32,542 nucleotides of DNA from a virus (lineage: Duplodnaviria > Caudoviricetes). The notes under the pieces are model-generated. The model was given only the letters and a program-made list of their open reading frames with translations, searched no databases and was not told the DNA's origin. Location of the stretch: IMG/VR virus record IMGVR_UViG_3300020413_000040, positions 1-32,542 of that record. One strand, written 5' to 3'. Shown here piece by piece: positions 1 to 9,246 of this stretch. A program made the translations under genes and the position numbers. Within the stretch, counting starts at the first letter, position 1; each line of letters opens with the position of its first letter.

Positions 1-180
1 TTATACACTCAATATTATGGTACTGTAAATTTACACAATTTGTTGAAATTTGTCTCACTACGTGTGCACGAGGGGGCACAGTGGGAGATTCAACAGGTTG
101 CTAAGGCTTGCCTGAAGATAGTAGAACAATATTTTCCACACTCTGTTGAGTCTTATATGAAACACAAGATGGAAAAGTAA
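1..180 (+). CDS. thyX: FAD-dependent thymidylate synthase ThyX, C-terminal part (5' truncated by window)
   Basis: Frame 1 reads LYTQYYGTVNLHNLLKFVSLRVHEGAQWEIQQVAKA...*, matching the ThyX C-terminal N-L-x-x-L-x-x-F-x-x-L-R...A-Q-W-E-I motif. Not in the supplied ORF track. Confidence 0.9.
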   Translation, partial: LYTQYYGTVNLHNLLKFVSLRVHEGAQWEIQQVAKACLKIVEQYFPHSVESYMKHKMEK

Positions 181-656
181 TGGCATTTTTACTTTCACTG
201 TGCCTGTTGGCCTATCAAAACCTAGATTTAACCGGCTATCAGCATCGCAGTTTGTGCAAGTATGAGAACGATATAAGAGTTGAATCGCAGCGCAACTCTT
301 TAGACCCCGCGCTCCTCGCGGCGGTCATATATGTTGAGAGTGGTTTCTTTCGAAGTGTAGTCAGCCATGCTGGCGCCTGCGGCCTGACACAGGTTGTTCC
401 CAAGTGGACAGGCGGACTTGAAACGAAGAATCGTAAGTACACCTGTCAGCAGCTCAAGGACCCAAAAGTGTCGATAAAAGTTGGAGCACAGATACTTTCC
501 TACAATATTAGAGTTTATGCTAAGGGTAATGTAGATAAAGGTTTGTGCTTTTACAATGCGGGCACTAGATGTATTACAAAAAAAGGATATTATAAAAGGT
601 TAGGTTATGTTAAAAAAGTTAGGCGTATATGCCGTTTGCTTTCTGGCAATTGTTAG
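180..656 (+). CDS. Lytic transglycosylase (SLT domain) with N-terminal hydrophobic signal/anchor
   Basis: LDPALLAAVIYVESG (catalytic E), AGACGLTQV (GLMQ-like) and YNAG motifs; hydrophobic N-terminus. Confidence 0.88.
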   Translation: MAFLLSLCLLAYQNLDLTGYQHRSLCKYENDIRVESQRNSLDPALLAAVIYVESGFFRSVVSHAGACGLTQVVPKWTGGLETKNRKYTCQQLKDPKVSIKVGAQILSYNIRVYAKGNVDKGLCFYNAGTRCITKKGYYKRLGYVKKVRRICRLLSGNC

Positions 657-2661
657 TTGCAGCGATGAAACTATAGTTAGCGGAACAGATATGGAGCAAT
701 CCAGAACTCTGGTACCAGATGCTAGAACACACGACATTCAAGTTATTGTTATACCAGACATCACGGTAGATGTATGGGTCGACCCGTGTGTCAATCTCCC
801 AAACACCCATGTTAGATATTGTGATTGTAACCCAAACTGCTGCCAAGAACAGACTTGGTACTGCCCACCTAGAGGAGTAGAAATCCAAGCGAAATATGCA
901 ATTCTTGATATTTGTGATGAAGACCTGGTGCCCTGTGATCGTAATCGTGATCCGAACTGCCCACCAGCTGAGATCATTGAAGAGACCGGGTGTCAACATG
1001 CATTTGATTGCCCTCCCGGCATCAACGAGGATTTCACTCTTACATATGATTGCGAGATAAACGGAACTGCCGGTACGCAGCAAGTTCGATGTGATAAGGG
1101 TAGGCTTTATTACGGAGAATGCGTAACTTGCTTTGAAGAAGAGGAGGTGTGCGATAGCGTTGACAATGATTGTGACGGAAACATAGATGAGAATCAATTA
1201 AACGCCTGCGGCGGTTGTGGACAAGTACCAGAAGATATCTGCGACGGCCTCGATAATGACTGTGACAACTCTATCGATGAACAACTTATAAGAGAATGCA
1301 CCACCATTTGCAACTCAGGACTGGAAATTTGTGCAAATGGTGACTGGATAGGTTGCACAGCACAGAGGCCAACAGATGAAGAGTGTGATGGAGAAGACAA
1401 TGACTGCGATAATCTAGTAGACGAAGGCTTAAATTGTCAGTGTCCACCAGAGTCAGTGGGAGCATTGGTGCCCTGCATGGAACCTCCATTGACTTGTGGT
1501 ATGGGATTCAAGACATGCGAATGTATAAATGAAGAATGTCAAGTTACGCAGATGACGGAATGTTTCGCCCTCTGCCATTGGATACCAGAACTAGAAGATG
1601 ATCAACCTTGTGATCAGTTCGCAGGCATCCCAACAAACCCAGAGCTTTGCAATAACTTTGATGAAGACTGTGATGCTCTTGTGGATGAACAACTCATCAG
1701 AGAGTGTTACACTGGACCAGAGGGAACCTTGAGTGTTGGTGTTTGTGCACCCGGCACACAGACTTGTAACAGGGGCCAATGGTATGGGCAAAGCCCCAAT
1801 CAAGGCCAAGTGGTCGACCTTTGCGGCGGAGAGATCGTGCCTAGTGTTGAGATTTGCGACGGAGCGGACAATGATTGTGACGGAGTCGTAGACTATGGAG
1901 AAGAAATTCCAGAAACAGATATTTTGTTTTTAGTTGACTGGTCTGGTTCTATGGAGAATTATATCAATGCGGTAAGGATGGCAATGAACAGATTTGCTCA
2001 AGACTTCGCAGCAGAAGATAAATTGAAGTGGGGTTTGGTAGTTGGACCTAAAGCGGCCACCACCCCAAGCGGCACTCAAGAGATGCTTATACTTCAGTCT
2101 GATATTACCGAGTTCGATCAGTTTTTGACAGCCTTTGCCAATGTGGGCCAATTTGACAACCAAACAGGAAACGAGCAATTTAAGGATGCAATAATGTTAT
2201 CACTTCAGAATATTTCTGGAAATTTTAACTACAGCTTCGCCAACGCAACTTGGGCAAACAGGATGGGTTCAAACCCGGATTTGAAGTTCTTCAAAATAAA
2301 CTGGCGTACAAACGCTGACAGGATTATAGTACTATTTAGTGACGAATTCGCACAGTCTTATCTGGTTCCGAGAGTCACTACAGATCAGGTCTTACAGGCA
2401 CTTGAGTCGACTCCAAATTTAAAGTTTTATGCTTTTGCAGAGCGTCGGGCCCGTGTTTGGAATAATTATGTAACAAGCGGCAATGGAACTGTTTTTGAAC
2501 TATCTCGCAACCAACAGCAAATGTATGATGATTTAATGTCTATCTTAGATGACATATGTTTGGGATCATCAGGGCAAAGTTCCAACAGAACAAACCGCCA
2601 GGGATTCTTTCCAGCCTCTCTAGGTGTACGCTATGATTATAAAATGGGAATATGCTACTGA
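607..2661 (+). CDS. Cys-rich lipoprotein with five MopE-like (ExCDGxDNDCDGxxDE) repeats and a C-terminal vWA domain
   Basis: Lipobox-like IVS-C at residue 18; repeats at about 1141, 1231, 1378, 1642 and 1849; vWA MIDAS DILFLVDWSGSM and later IIVLFSDE. Confidence 0.85.
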   Translation: MLKKLGVYAVCFLAIVSCSDETIVSGTDMEQSRTLVPDARTHDIQVIVIPDITVDVWVDPCVNLPNTHVRYCDCNPNCCQEQTWYCPPRGVEIQAKYAILDICDEDLVPCDRNRDPNCPPAEIIEETGCQHAFDCPPGINEDFTLTYDCEINGTAGTQQVRCDKGRLYYGECVTCFEEEEVCDSVDNDCDGNIDENQLNACGGCGQVPEDICDGLDNDCDNSIDEQLIRECTTICNSGLEICANGDWIGCTAQRPTDEECDGEDNDCDNLVDEGLNCQCPPESVGALVPCMEPPLTCGMGFKTCECINEECQVTQMTECFALCHWIPELEDDQPCDQFAGIPTNPELCNNFDEDCDALVDEQLIRECYTGPEGTLSVGVCAPGTQTCNRGQWYGQSPNQGQVVDLCGGEIVPSVEICDGADNDCDGVVDYGEEIPETDILFLVDWSGSMENYINAVRMAMNRFAQDFAAEDKLKWGLVVGPKAATTPSGTQEMLILQSDITEFDQFLTAFANVGQFDNQTGNEQFKDAIMLSLQNISGNFNYSFANATWANRMGSNPDLKFFKINWRTNADRIIVLFSDEFAQSYLVPRVTTDQVLQALESTPNLKFYAFAERRARVWNNYVTSGNGTVFELSRNQQQMYDDLMSILDDICLGSSGQSSNRTNRQGFFPASLGVRYDYKMGICY

Positions 2662-3434
2662 AGAGTTTTGTGATAGGCTCAACAGTTGAAGCTGCTTGTT
2701 ATGCTCTTGTAAGTGGTTGTTTTTTCATACCAACAAGAAAGGCGCCATCTCTGTTTTATCATAAAACGTCAATACCCCTATTTGGTTTAGACTCTGATGA
2801 ACAGGTTTGGACAAAAATAAATTTAATATTAGGACTCTTATCAAGAAGAGTCTCGTTTCAAGAAACTAGCTCTATCCGAATTACAGATGACATGATTCGG
2901 GTCACTACCGGTAATACGGTCTTTAAATATGCTTTTGAAAAACTTTTCGTCTTTAATGCTAGTGGAATCGAGTTAGAGAACGACATTAGGCTAGCCAAGG
3001 ACAAGACGTTTATAGTTTATGATGATTTCGAGCTTTCAATTTTGGGCCCAAGGAGATACGAGTTGCCTGCATTGGTCGAAAACCGCGACTTTGCAAAATC
3101 TCTTCATTTTTATTGTTCCGGCAGGGTCGACGGCTCAGATTTTATAACTGACTGTGTTGTGGAATCTGAATTGACACAAGAACAGTTAAATTTGTTTGAC
3201 TATTCAGATTCAATTGTTAGGTTTGTGGTAGAGAGGCACCTTAAGTCAATAGGGGTACAGGGAAGATTTATGAAAAATTACGAAAGCGGAAAGCCAAAAT
3301 ATAGAAAACCGAAAGTCGTTCACGTTAGGAGACTTTCCTATCAGAAAGACAACAACGTATATGTCGATACTGAAAATATTAAGTTTTTAAACAAGTCTTT
3401 GGGGGAAATAATTGAAGAGTCCTCCAAAGGGTAG
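2652..3434 (+). CDS. Hypothetical protein, possible degenerate Rossmann-like N-terminus
   Basis: 260-aa ORF overlapping both neighbours; FVIGSTVEAACYA resembles a decayed GxGxxG/A dinucleotide-binding start. Confidence 0.6.
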   Translation: MLLKSFVIGSTVEAACYALVSGCFFIPTRKAPSLFYHKTSIPLFGLDSDEQVWTKINLILGLLSRRVSFQETSSIRITDDMIRVTTGNTVFKYAFEKLFVFNASGIELENDIRLAKDKTFIVYDDFELSILGPRRYELPALVENRDFAKSLHFYCSGRVDGSDFITDCVVESELTQEQLNLFDYSDSIVRFVVERHLKSIGVQGRFMKNYESGKPKYRKPKVVHVRRLSYQKDNNVYVDTENIKFLNKSLGEIIEESSKG

Positions 3435-4269
3435 AAACCTCGCAGCAATAATACCTCTCACTGGTTGGAAGAATTCCTTTGGCTTTCCATGGCCCGATTA
3501 TTTGCAGCCATTGAGGGAGGGCTTGCTAGCGCTCGACCGGTCTGTTTACGAATGTGCTCATGCTGGATGTGATAGTATTTGGATCGTGTGCGGTGACGAC
3601 GTGGCGCCTCTGATTAAAGAAAGGCTAGGAGACTATGTAATGTCACCCAGGTACTTCGAGGAGAAAGACTTTGTTAAAAACAAACAATATCATGAAAAGT
3701 GGATACCAATTTTTTACACACCAATGACGCAGAAGGATGTAGACAGGAGGGACAGTTTGGGGTGGTCCGCACTACACGGTGCACTAATGGCATTTCAGAT
3801 ATCTGACAAGATGAGTCAGTGGGTAAGACCAACAAAATATTTTGTATCTTTCCCGTACGGAGTGTATGATTCTGACGTTGTAAGGAGCCACAGGGACGCA
3901 ATCAGGGGAACTCAGTCTTTCTTTTTATCGCACGAAGGACAGACAGTAAGGGATAACAAGTATTTAGCATTTACATTTTTTCCAGAAGATTGGCCCAAGT
4001 TCAAGCATCATATTAAAAATCAGTGCACCGGAGGAAGCAGAAACATAGATGCTTCTGAAAGGTGGTCAAGTCGCAATTTTACACTTGACAAAATATTTGA
4101 TATCGATGTAGTATCGATAGATAAGAAAGTTGAAATCGACCAGTATCACAGTTTAGATACCTGGAAAAACTTACAAGAATATTACTGTTCAGGTCTAAAA
4201 CTTTCTAGACCAACAAAGCAATTTATGAAACCATATTATCACAGGAGGATAACAGAAGATGACATTTGA
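3412..4269 (+). CDS. Nucleotide-diphospho-sugar transferase / NTP-transferase-like protein (degenerate signature)
   Basis: AAIIPLTG...PDYLQPL...SVYECAHAGCDSIWIV parallels the NTP_transferase N-terminus (IILAGG...PKxLxP...AGIxxIxIV) but lacks GxGTR and the Lys. Confidence 0.6.
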   Translation: MKSPPKGRNLAAIIPLTGWKNSFGFPWPDYLQPLREGLLALDRSVYECAHAGCDSIWIVCGDDVAPLIKERLGDYVMSPRYFEEKDFVKNKQYHEKWIPIFYTPMTQKDVDRRDSLGWSALHGALMAFQISDKMSQWVRPTKYFVSFPYGVYDSDVVRSHRDAIRGTQSFFLSHEGQTVRDNKYLAFTFFPEDWPKFKHHIKNQCTGGSRNIDASERWSSRNFTLDKIFDIDVVSIDKKVEIDQYHSLDTWKNLQEYYCSGLKLSRPTKQFMKPYYHRRITEDDI

Positions 4270-4462
4270 AAAATTACAGGAAGTTTACGACAATATACCA
4301 ACGCACGTTAAGGAGGCAGTTAATTTTCCAGATAACTTTAATTTGTTGACAAATGACCAGCAAAGGTTTATAATGGACTTGTACATATTTGATAGAGCAA
4401 CATTAAAGAAAGAGTTGCTAGAAGTAATTGAGGAAATGAAAGAGTTAGTGAATGACATCTAG
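4259..4462 (+). CDS. Hypothetical protein
   Basis: 67 aa; AGGAGG RBS; overlaps upstream and downstream genes. Confidence 0.7.
   Translation: MTFEKLQEVYDNIPTHVKEAVNFPDNFNLLTNDQQRFIMDLYIFDRATLKKELLEVIEEMKELVNDI
4346..4374 (+). promoter_or_regulatory. Sigma70-type promoter upstream of dnaE (inside the preceding ORF)
   Basis: TTGACA(4346)-N17-TATAAT(4369), perfect consensus. Confidence 0.75.
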
Positions 4463-7400
4463 AACAACAAGTAAAATTCCATTCGTAGGGTTACATGCCC
4501 ACTCCGTCGCGGGCTCTCCGTTTGACGCCCTTGGCTATCCACCAGAGCACATGGACTTCGCCCATGATAACGGTATGGACGCACTTGCGCTCACCGACCA
4601 TGGCAATATGAATGGCCTAGCTTGGCAAGTGTTACATGCAAAGAAGATGAAGAAAGCCGGCAAAGAATTTAAACCTATATTTGGTTGTGAAGCATACTTC
4701 ATCCCGTCAGTTGCAAAGTGGAAAGAGGAATATGAGGAAATCAAACAGGCCTCTAAAAAGAAGTCAGACTACGAAGCAGACAACTCCGGAACAACTGTCG
4801 AAGATGAGGGCGCTTCAAAAAAGAAGATTAAGTCTGTCCTAAACCGCAGAAGACACCTCATTTTGCTAGCGATGAATCAGACCGGTCTACAAAATATATT
4901 TAAGATGATATCTCGCTCATACAGTGGCGACAACTTCTACCGTTACCCTCGCGTAGATTATGCTCTACTTAAGAAGCATAGCGAAGGTGTCATTGCCGCA
5001 TCTGCTTGCCTAGGCGGTGTTTATGCGGGAAATTATTGGGAGAATAGGGACACTGGGCCGGATGCAATACTTGCAGCAATGCGCAAGACTACGCAGAAAA
5101 TGCAAGAAATTTTCGGAGATCGCTGGTATGGAGAGCTACAGTGGAATAACGTGCCAGAGCAACACGAACTAAATCGATACATTATTCAAATGCATCAAGA
5201 GTTTGGTGTGGACCTTATTTCTACTGCAGACTCGCACTATTATAATGCGGATGTCTGGAAAGATCGAGAACTCTATAAGCGACTCGGATGGCTAGGTAAG
5301 GGTAAGCCAGACTACTTATCGGATGAGCTTCCGATTTCTGTCGAAGAAATTGGTTATGAGTTGTATCCAAAGAATGGAGATCAAATGTTCGAGTCTTATA
5401 AAAAGTACTCGAAAGAGTGCGGAGCTGAGTATGATGATGACTTAGTTCTCAACTCGATTATTAAGACGCACCAAATCGCACATGAAAGAATAGAAACATT
5501 CTTGCCAGACAACACGGTACGCTTACCAGACTTTGTCGTCCCAGAGGGTTCCACTGCGGGTCAAACCTTGGCCGCCCTTTGTGTTGAGGGTCTCAGGTCG
5601 CTCTGTCTGCACACAAATCAAGAGTATGTTCATCGACTCAAACACGAAGTCAGTGTTATCGAAGAAAGAGGTTTCTCTAAATATTTTCTGACTATGAAGT
5701 CCATCGCGGATGTCGCAGTAGATAAGCAGTTAGTGGGAGCCGGCCGCGGCTCCGCTGCAGGATCCCTCGTCGCATACGTTCTAAACATAACTCAGGTCGA
5801 CCCCATCAAGTACGGACTTCAGTTTGAAAGGTTCTTGACCAAAGGCGGTTCTGGGTATCCAGACATCGACTATGACGTTTCTGATCCCATGGTGTTGAAA
5901 GAGGTTCTTATTGATCAATGGGGCGACAACTCTGTAGTGCCTATTACAAACTGGAACACACTTCAGTTGCGATCTCTCATTAAAGACATATCCAAGTTCT
6001 ACGGTATCGAGTTTACGGAAGTAAATAATGTGACGAGCAAGATGGTTTACGAAGCTACCCCCCGAGCGAAAGCAAAACATGGAATCACATCCGGAGTATA
6101 CGCTCCCACATTCGAAGAGTTGATGGAGTTCTCGGAATCCCTGCAGGCATTCCTCGTAAAGCACCCAGACATCAAGACTCACATCGAGAAATTGTACGGT
6201 CAAACTCGATCTGCATCTCGCCACGCCGGCGGGGTTGTTGTAGGTGAGAATCTAGATGAGTGGATGCCGCTTATCAATTCGGGCGGAGTTCGACAAACGC
6301 CTTGGTCTGAGGGTATGAATGTAAGACATTTGGAGCCGATGGGTTTTATTAAATTCGATATTCTTGGTCTCGCCTCGCTTCGTATGCTCGAAGGCGCCAT
6401 CGAGAGAATTTTAAAGCGCCATCACGGCATGCAGAATCCTACATTCTCAGATATCAAAGAATTCTATGATAAAAACCTTCATCCGGAAAAGATAGATCTG
6501 GAAGATCGATCAGTGTGGGAAAATATTTTCCACAAGGGGAAGTGGGCAGGTATTTTCCAGTTCACAGAAACTGGAGCACAATCGTTCTGCAAGAACGCGA
6601 GACCAGATAATATTATCGATTTATCAGCCATCACATCCATCTACCGCCCAGGCCCCCTAGGTGCAGGAGTTGATAGAAAGTATATAGGTGCCAAGTCTAA
6701 CCCAGAGGACGTAGAGTATATTAACAAGCACGTCCGCGAGGTGACTGAGGAAACATATGGGTTTCTTATTTTTCAAGAGCAGATTGCTATGTTAGCGCAC
6801 AAATTAGGCAAAGATCTAACTCTAGACGAGGGTAACAAGCTTAGAAAACTACTTACTAAGAAAGGTACTGGTGAAATCCAGGTAGAAAAAGACAAGATCT
6901 TCGACAAATTCAAACGTGGTTGTGTCGAGAAAGGAATGAAAGACTATGAAGCAAGAGAACTTTGGGAAACTTTTGAATACTTTTCAGGATATGGTTTTAA
7001 CAAGTCACACGCTGTATCCTACTGTGTATTATCTTACCAGTGTGCTTATTTACTTAACTATTATCCAGCAGAATGGCTAGCTGCATTCCTCGATAAAGAA
7101 CCAGAGACAAGAAAAGAAAGAGCCATCGCGACAGCAAAGTCACTCGGATACAATGTTGAGCCGTTAAACATAAATACATCCGGAGTAAACTGGGAGATTA
7201 GTAAAGACGGCAAAACATTAATCCAGCCTCTGTCATCAATCAAGGGACTAGGCATCAAAGCTATTGAGCAGATTATTGAACATAGGCCATTTAACACTGT
7301 GGAAGATTTTTTGTTTCACGACAAAATTACTTATTCTAAACTAAATAAGAAATCTATTTCGGCGCTTTGCTTGGCTCAAGCTCTAAGTTGTCTTATGGAC

Positions 7401-7886
7401 GACAGGTTTAGTGGGTTGAAACATTTTTTCAGCGCCGTTGCAGAAGATCGCCCCAGGAAAGAAAAGAACCTTATCGAAAATATTCAAAAGTACGAGCCTG
7501 AAGGAGACTTTTCCGAAGAGGAGAAGCTGGAGTATCTAGTGAACCTGACCGGAGTCTTTCCTATTAACGCAGTGGTCACGCCCAGAGTTAGGCAGAAGCT
7601 GGATGAACTTTATATTCCACCCATTTCTGAGTTCGATCCTGAACTTGGAGTGACCTGGTTTATACCACGGGAATGTAAGCTGAAGAAATCTAAGAACGGT
7701 AAGAATTTCTATGTCGTAAAAGTCATAGATGACAATAACGAAATGACAGTAATTAGATGTTGGGGTGTAGACCCAGAGAGAGACATCGTGCAACTAAACA
7801 GACCTTACATGGCTAGGTTAAATTACAACCAGCAATGGGGGTTTTCAACTTTTAGTATGAGGAAGATGTTCAAGCTATTAGCATAA
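4452..7886 (+). CDS. dnaE: DNA polymerase III alpha subunit (family C, DnaE)
   Basis: PHP motifs LHAHS, LTDHG, GCEAY and ADSHY; GRGSAAGSLV; FERFL; catalytic PDIDYD and KFDILGL; YGFNKSHA; C-terminal OB-like region. Confidence 0.97.
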   Translation: MTSRTTSKIPFVGLHAHSVAGSPFDALGYPPEHMDFAHDNGMDALALTDHGNMNGLAWQVLHAKKMKKAGKEFKPIFGCEAYFIPSVAKWKEEYEEIKQASKKKSDYEADNSGTTVEDEGASKKKIKSVLNRRRHLILLAMNQTGLQNIFKMISRSYSGDNFYRYPRVDYALLKKHSEGVIAASACLGGVYAGNYWENRDTGPDAILAAMRKTTQKMQEIFGDRWYGELQWNNVPEQHELNRYIIQMHQEFGVDLISTADSHYYNADVWKDRELYKRLGWLGKGKPDYLSDELPISVEEIGYELYPKNGDQMFESYKKYSKECGAEYDDDLVLNSIIKTHQIAHERIETFLPDNTVRLPDFVVPEGSTAGQTLAALCVEGLRSLCLHTNQEYVHRLKHEVSVIEERGFSKYFLTMKSIADVAVDKQLVGAGRGSAAGSLVAYVLNITQVDPIKYGLQFERFLTKGGSGYPDIDYDVSDPMVLKEVLIDQWGDNSVVPITNWNTLQLRSLIKDISKFYGIEFTEVNNVTSKMVYEATPRAKAKHGITSGVYAPTFEELMEFSESLQAFLVKHPDIKTHIEKLYGQTRSASRHAGGVVVGENLDEWMPLINSGGVRQTPWSEGMNVRHLEPMGFIKFDILGLASLRMLEGAIERILKRHHGMQNPTFSDIKEFYDKNLHPEKIDLEDRSVWENIFHKGKWAGIFQFTETGAQSFCKNARPDNIIDLSAITSIYRPGPLGAGVDRKYIGAKSNPEDVEYINKHVREVTEETYGFLIFQEQIAMLAHKLGKDLTLDEGNKLRKLLTKKGTGEIQVEKDKIFDKFKRGCVEKGMKDYEARELWETFEYFSGYGFNKSHAVSYCVLSYQCAYLLNYYPAEWLAAFLDKEPETRKERAIATAKSLGYNVEPLNINTSGVNWEISKDGKTLIQPLSSIKGLGIKAIEQIIEHRPFNTVEDFLFHDKITYSKLNKKSISALCLAQALSCLMDDRFSGLKHFFSAVAEDRPRKEKNLIENIQKYEPEGDFSEEEKLEYLVNLTGVFPINAVVTPRVRQKLDELYIPPISEFDPELGVTWFIPRECKLKKSKNGKNFYVVKVIDDNNEMTVIRCWGVDPERDIVQLNRPYMARLNYNQQWGFSTFSMRKMFKLLA

Positions 7887-7898
7887 AGGAGAAATAAA

Positions 7899-8531
7899 AT
7901 GGCTAAATTAACAGGACTGGCTGCAAAAGTTCTTGCAGATCAGTATAAAAAGACACTAGAAAAGAAGGGGTTTGTATTTTTTGAAAATGGAGACTACAAC
8001 TTAAATATCATTGGAGTTCGTAACGACTCCGGCGACGCGTCAAAGTTTGACGACTTTGTAAACGTGATTTATAAAGTAGAAGGACAGTGGGTTTGCGATA
8101 CTTATCCGATCACGACCGAACCAGGTACGTCTATATTAAAAAGGCCACTGAAGGAGGTAGCTCACAAGGGTACGGCTATTCTGGTTCCCGGTCAATATAG
8201 GAGCACCTACAAGATTGGATGGCATGGGAATAGAGACAGAGGCCACATGGCCCTGTGTCAGAGAGGAGGACAAGTCAGCGTCTGGAGAGACAACAACAGA
8301 GACTCAACTCCGGACTATCACGGACCAGAGGACGTAGGGTGGTATGGTATCAATATCCACAAGCATCGAGGTTCAGACGCTAGGCTTAATACAGGTGGGG
8401 TCTCAGCCGGCTGCCAGGTTTTTCAAAGTAGTGTAGATTTTGCAGAGTTTATGGAAACTTGTTCTGATGCTCGGGACCAGTGGAATAACAGTTTCACTTA
8501 CACACTATTGGAGGAAAAATGTCTTTGCTAG
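7899..8531 (+). CDS. YkuD/L,D-transpeptidase-like protein (putative peptidoglycan Cys-peptidase)
   Basis: GINIH-x13-SAGCQV resembles the YkuD H-x(14-17)-S-x-G-C catalytic motif; AAGGAG RBS. Confidence 0.6.
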   Translation: MAKLTGLAAKVLADQYKKTLEKKGFVFFENGDYNLNIIGVRNDSGDASKFDDFVNVIYKVEGQWVCDTYPITTEPGTSILKRPLKEVAHKGTAILVPGQYRSTYKIGWHGNRDRGHMALCQRGGQVSVWRDNNRDSTPDYHGPEDVGWYGINIHKHRGSDARLNTGGVSAGCQVFQSSVDFAEFMETCSDARDQWNNSFTYTLLEEKCLC

Positions 8532-8989
8532 AAGAAAATTTTGTTAGAGTATTTCGAACCCATGAGAAAGTTAAAATTCCTGTGCGCGCCCACCCGACAG
8601 ACGCCGGCATGGATTTTTTCTTTTGCCCAAAAAGCAACATGGTGAGAAAAAGAATCGAACCCGGGCAAAGCGTCTTACTTGAGACAGGCATCAAGATGCA
8701 GGTACCTGAGGATTGTATGTTGCAAATTATGAACAAGTCTGGAATTGCCAGCAAGAAGCATCTAATCGCAGGAGCGTGCGTCGTTGATGAAGGTTATGAC
8801 GGCGAGATTTTTGTAAACTTACATAACATAGGAAAAGAGACCCAGTTTATCGAGCCCGGCCAAAAAATTGCTCAAGGAGTTTTTGTGAGAATTGAAAAAC
8901 CCAACATCAGAATCTTGGAGATGGATAGTGTCTATGGAGGAGAGACTTCTAGGGGCTCAGGCGCTCTTGGGTCCACGGGGGATAAATAA
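8519..8989 (+). CDS. dut: Trimeric dUTPase
   Basis: AGMD, NKSG, ACVVDEGYDGEI, KIAQ and RGSGALGSTG, the five dUTPase motifs. Confidence 0.96.
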   Translation: MSLLEENFVRVFRTHEKVKIPVRAHPTDAGMDFFFCPKSNMVRKRIEPGQSVLLETGIKMQVPEDCMLQIMNKSGIASKKHLIAGACVVDEGYDGEIFVNLHNIGKETQFIEPGQKIAQGVFVRIEKPNIRILEMDSVYGGETSRGSGALGSTGDK

Positions 8990-9246
8990 TGACAAGTTTC
9001 ACAAGAAAGTTAAAGCGTCGACAAATGCTCGCCGCTCGCAAGACCTTCATGAGAGATTTTAAAAACGCGATGACTAAGTTTAAAAAGCAGGTAGCTTGCT
9101 CTGTCTGTGGCAGAGAACCTGTTAAAGGCGAGAGTATTGACAATTGGCACATCGACAAATATTCAGAAAAGATTGACTTAATTTGTACGAACTGCTATGA
9201 TGTAAAGGAGGTGAAAAATGATTCAGACATACCCGACAACGCTTAG
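8989..9246 (+). CDS. Small basic zinc-finger-like protein
   Basis: CSVC...CTNC; Lys/Arg-rich N-terminus; TAATG coupling to dut. Confidence 0.7.
   Translation: MTSFTRKLKRRQMLAARKTFMRDFKNAMTKFKKQVACSVCGREPVKGESIDNWHIDKYSEKIDLICTNCYDVKEVKNDSDIPDNA

Noticed and set aside
4452-7886. Intein or intron in dnaE
   Set aside because: Length (1144 aa) is normal, motifs are contiguous, and no C...HN-C/S/T junctions or homing endonuclease motifs were seen.
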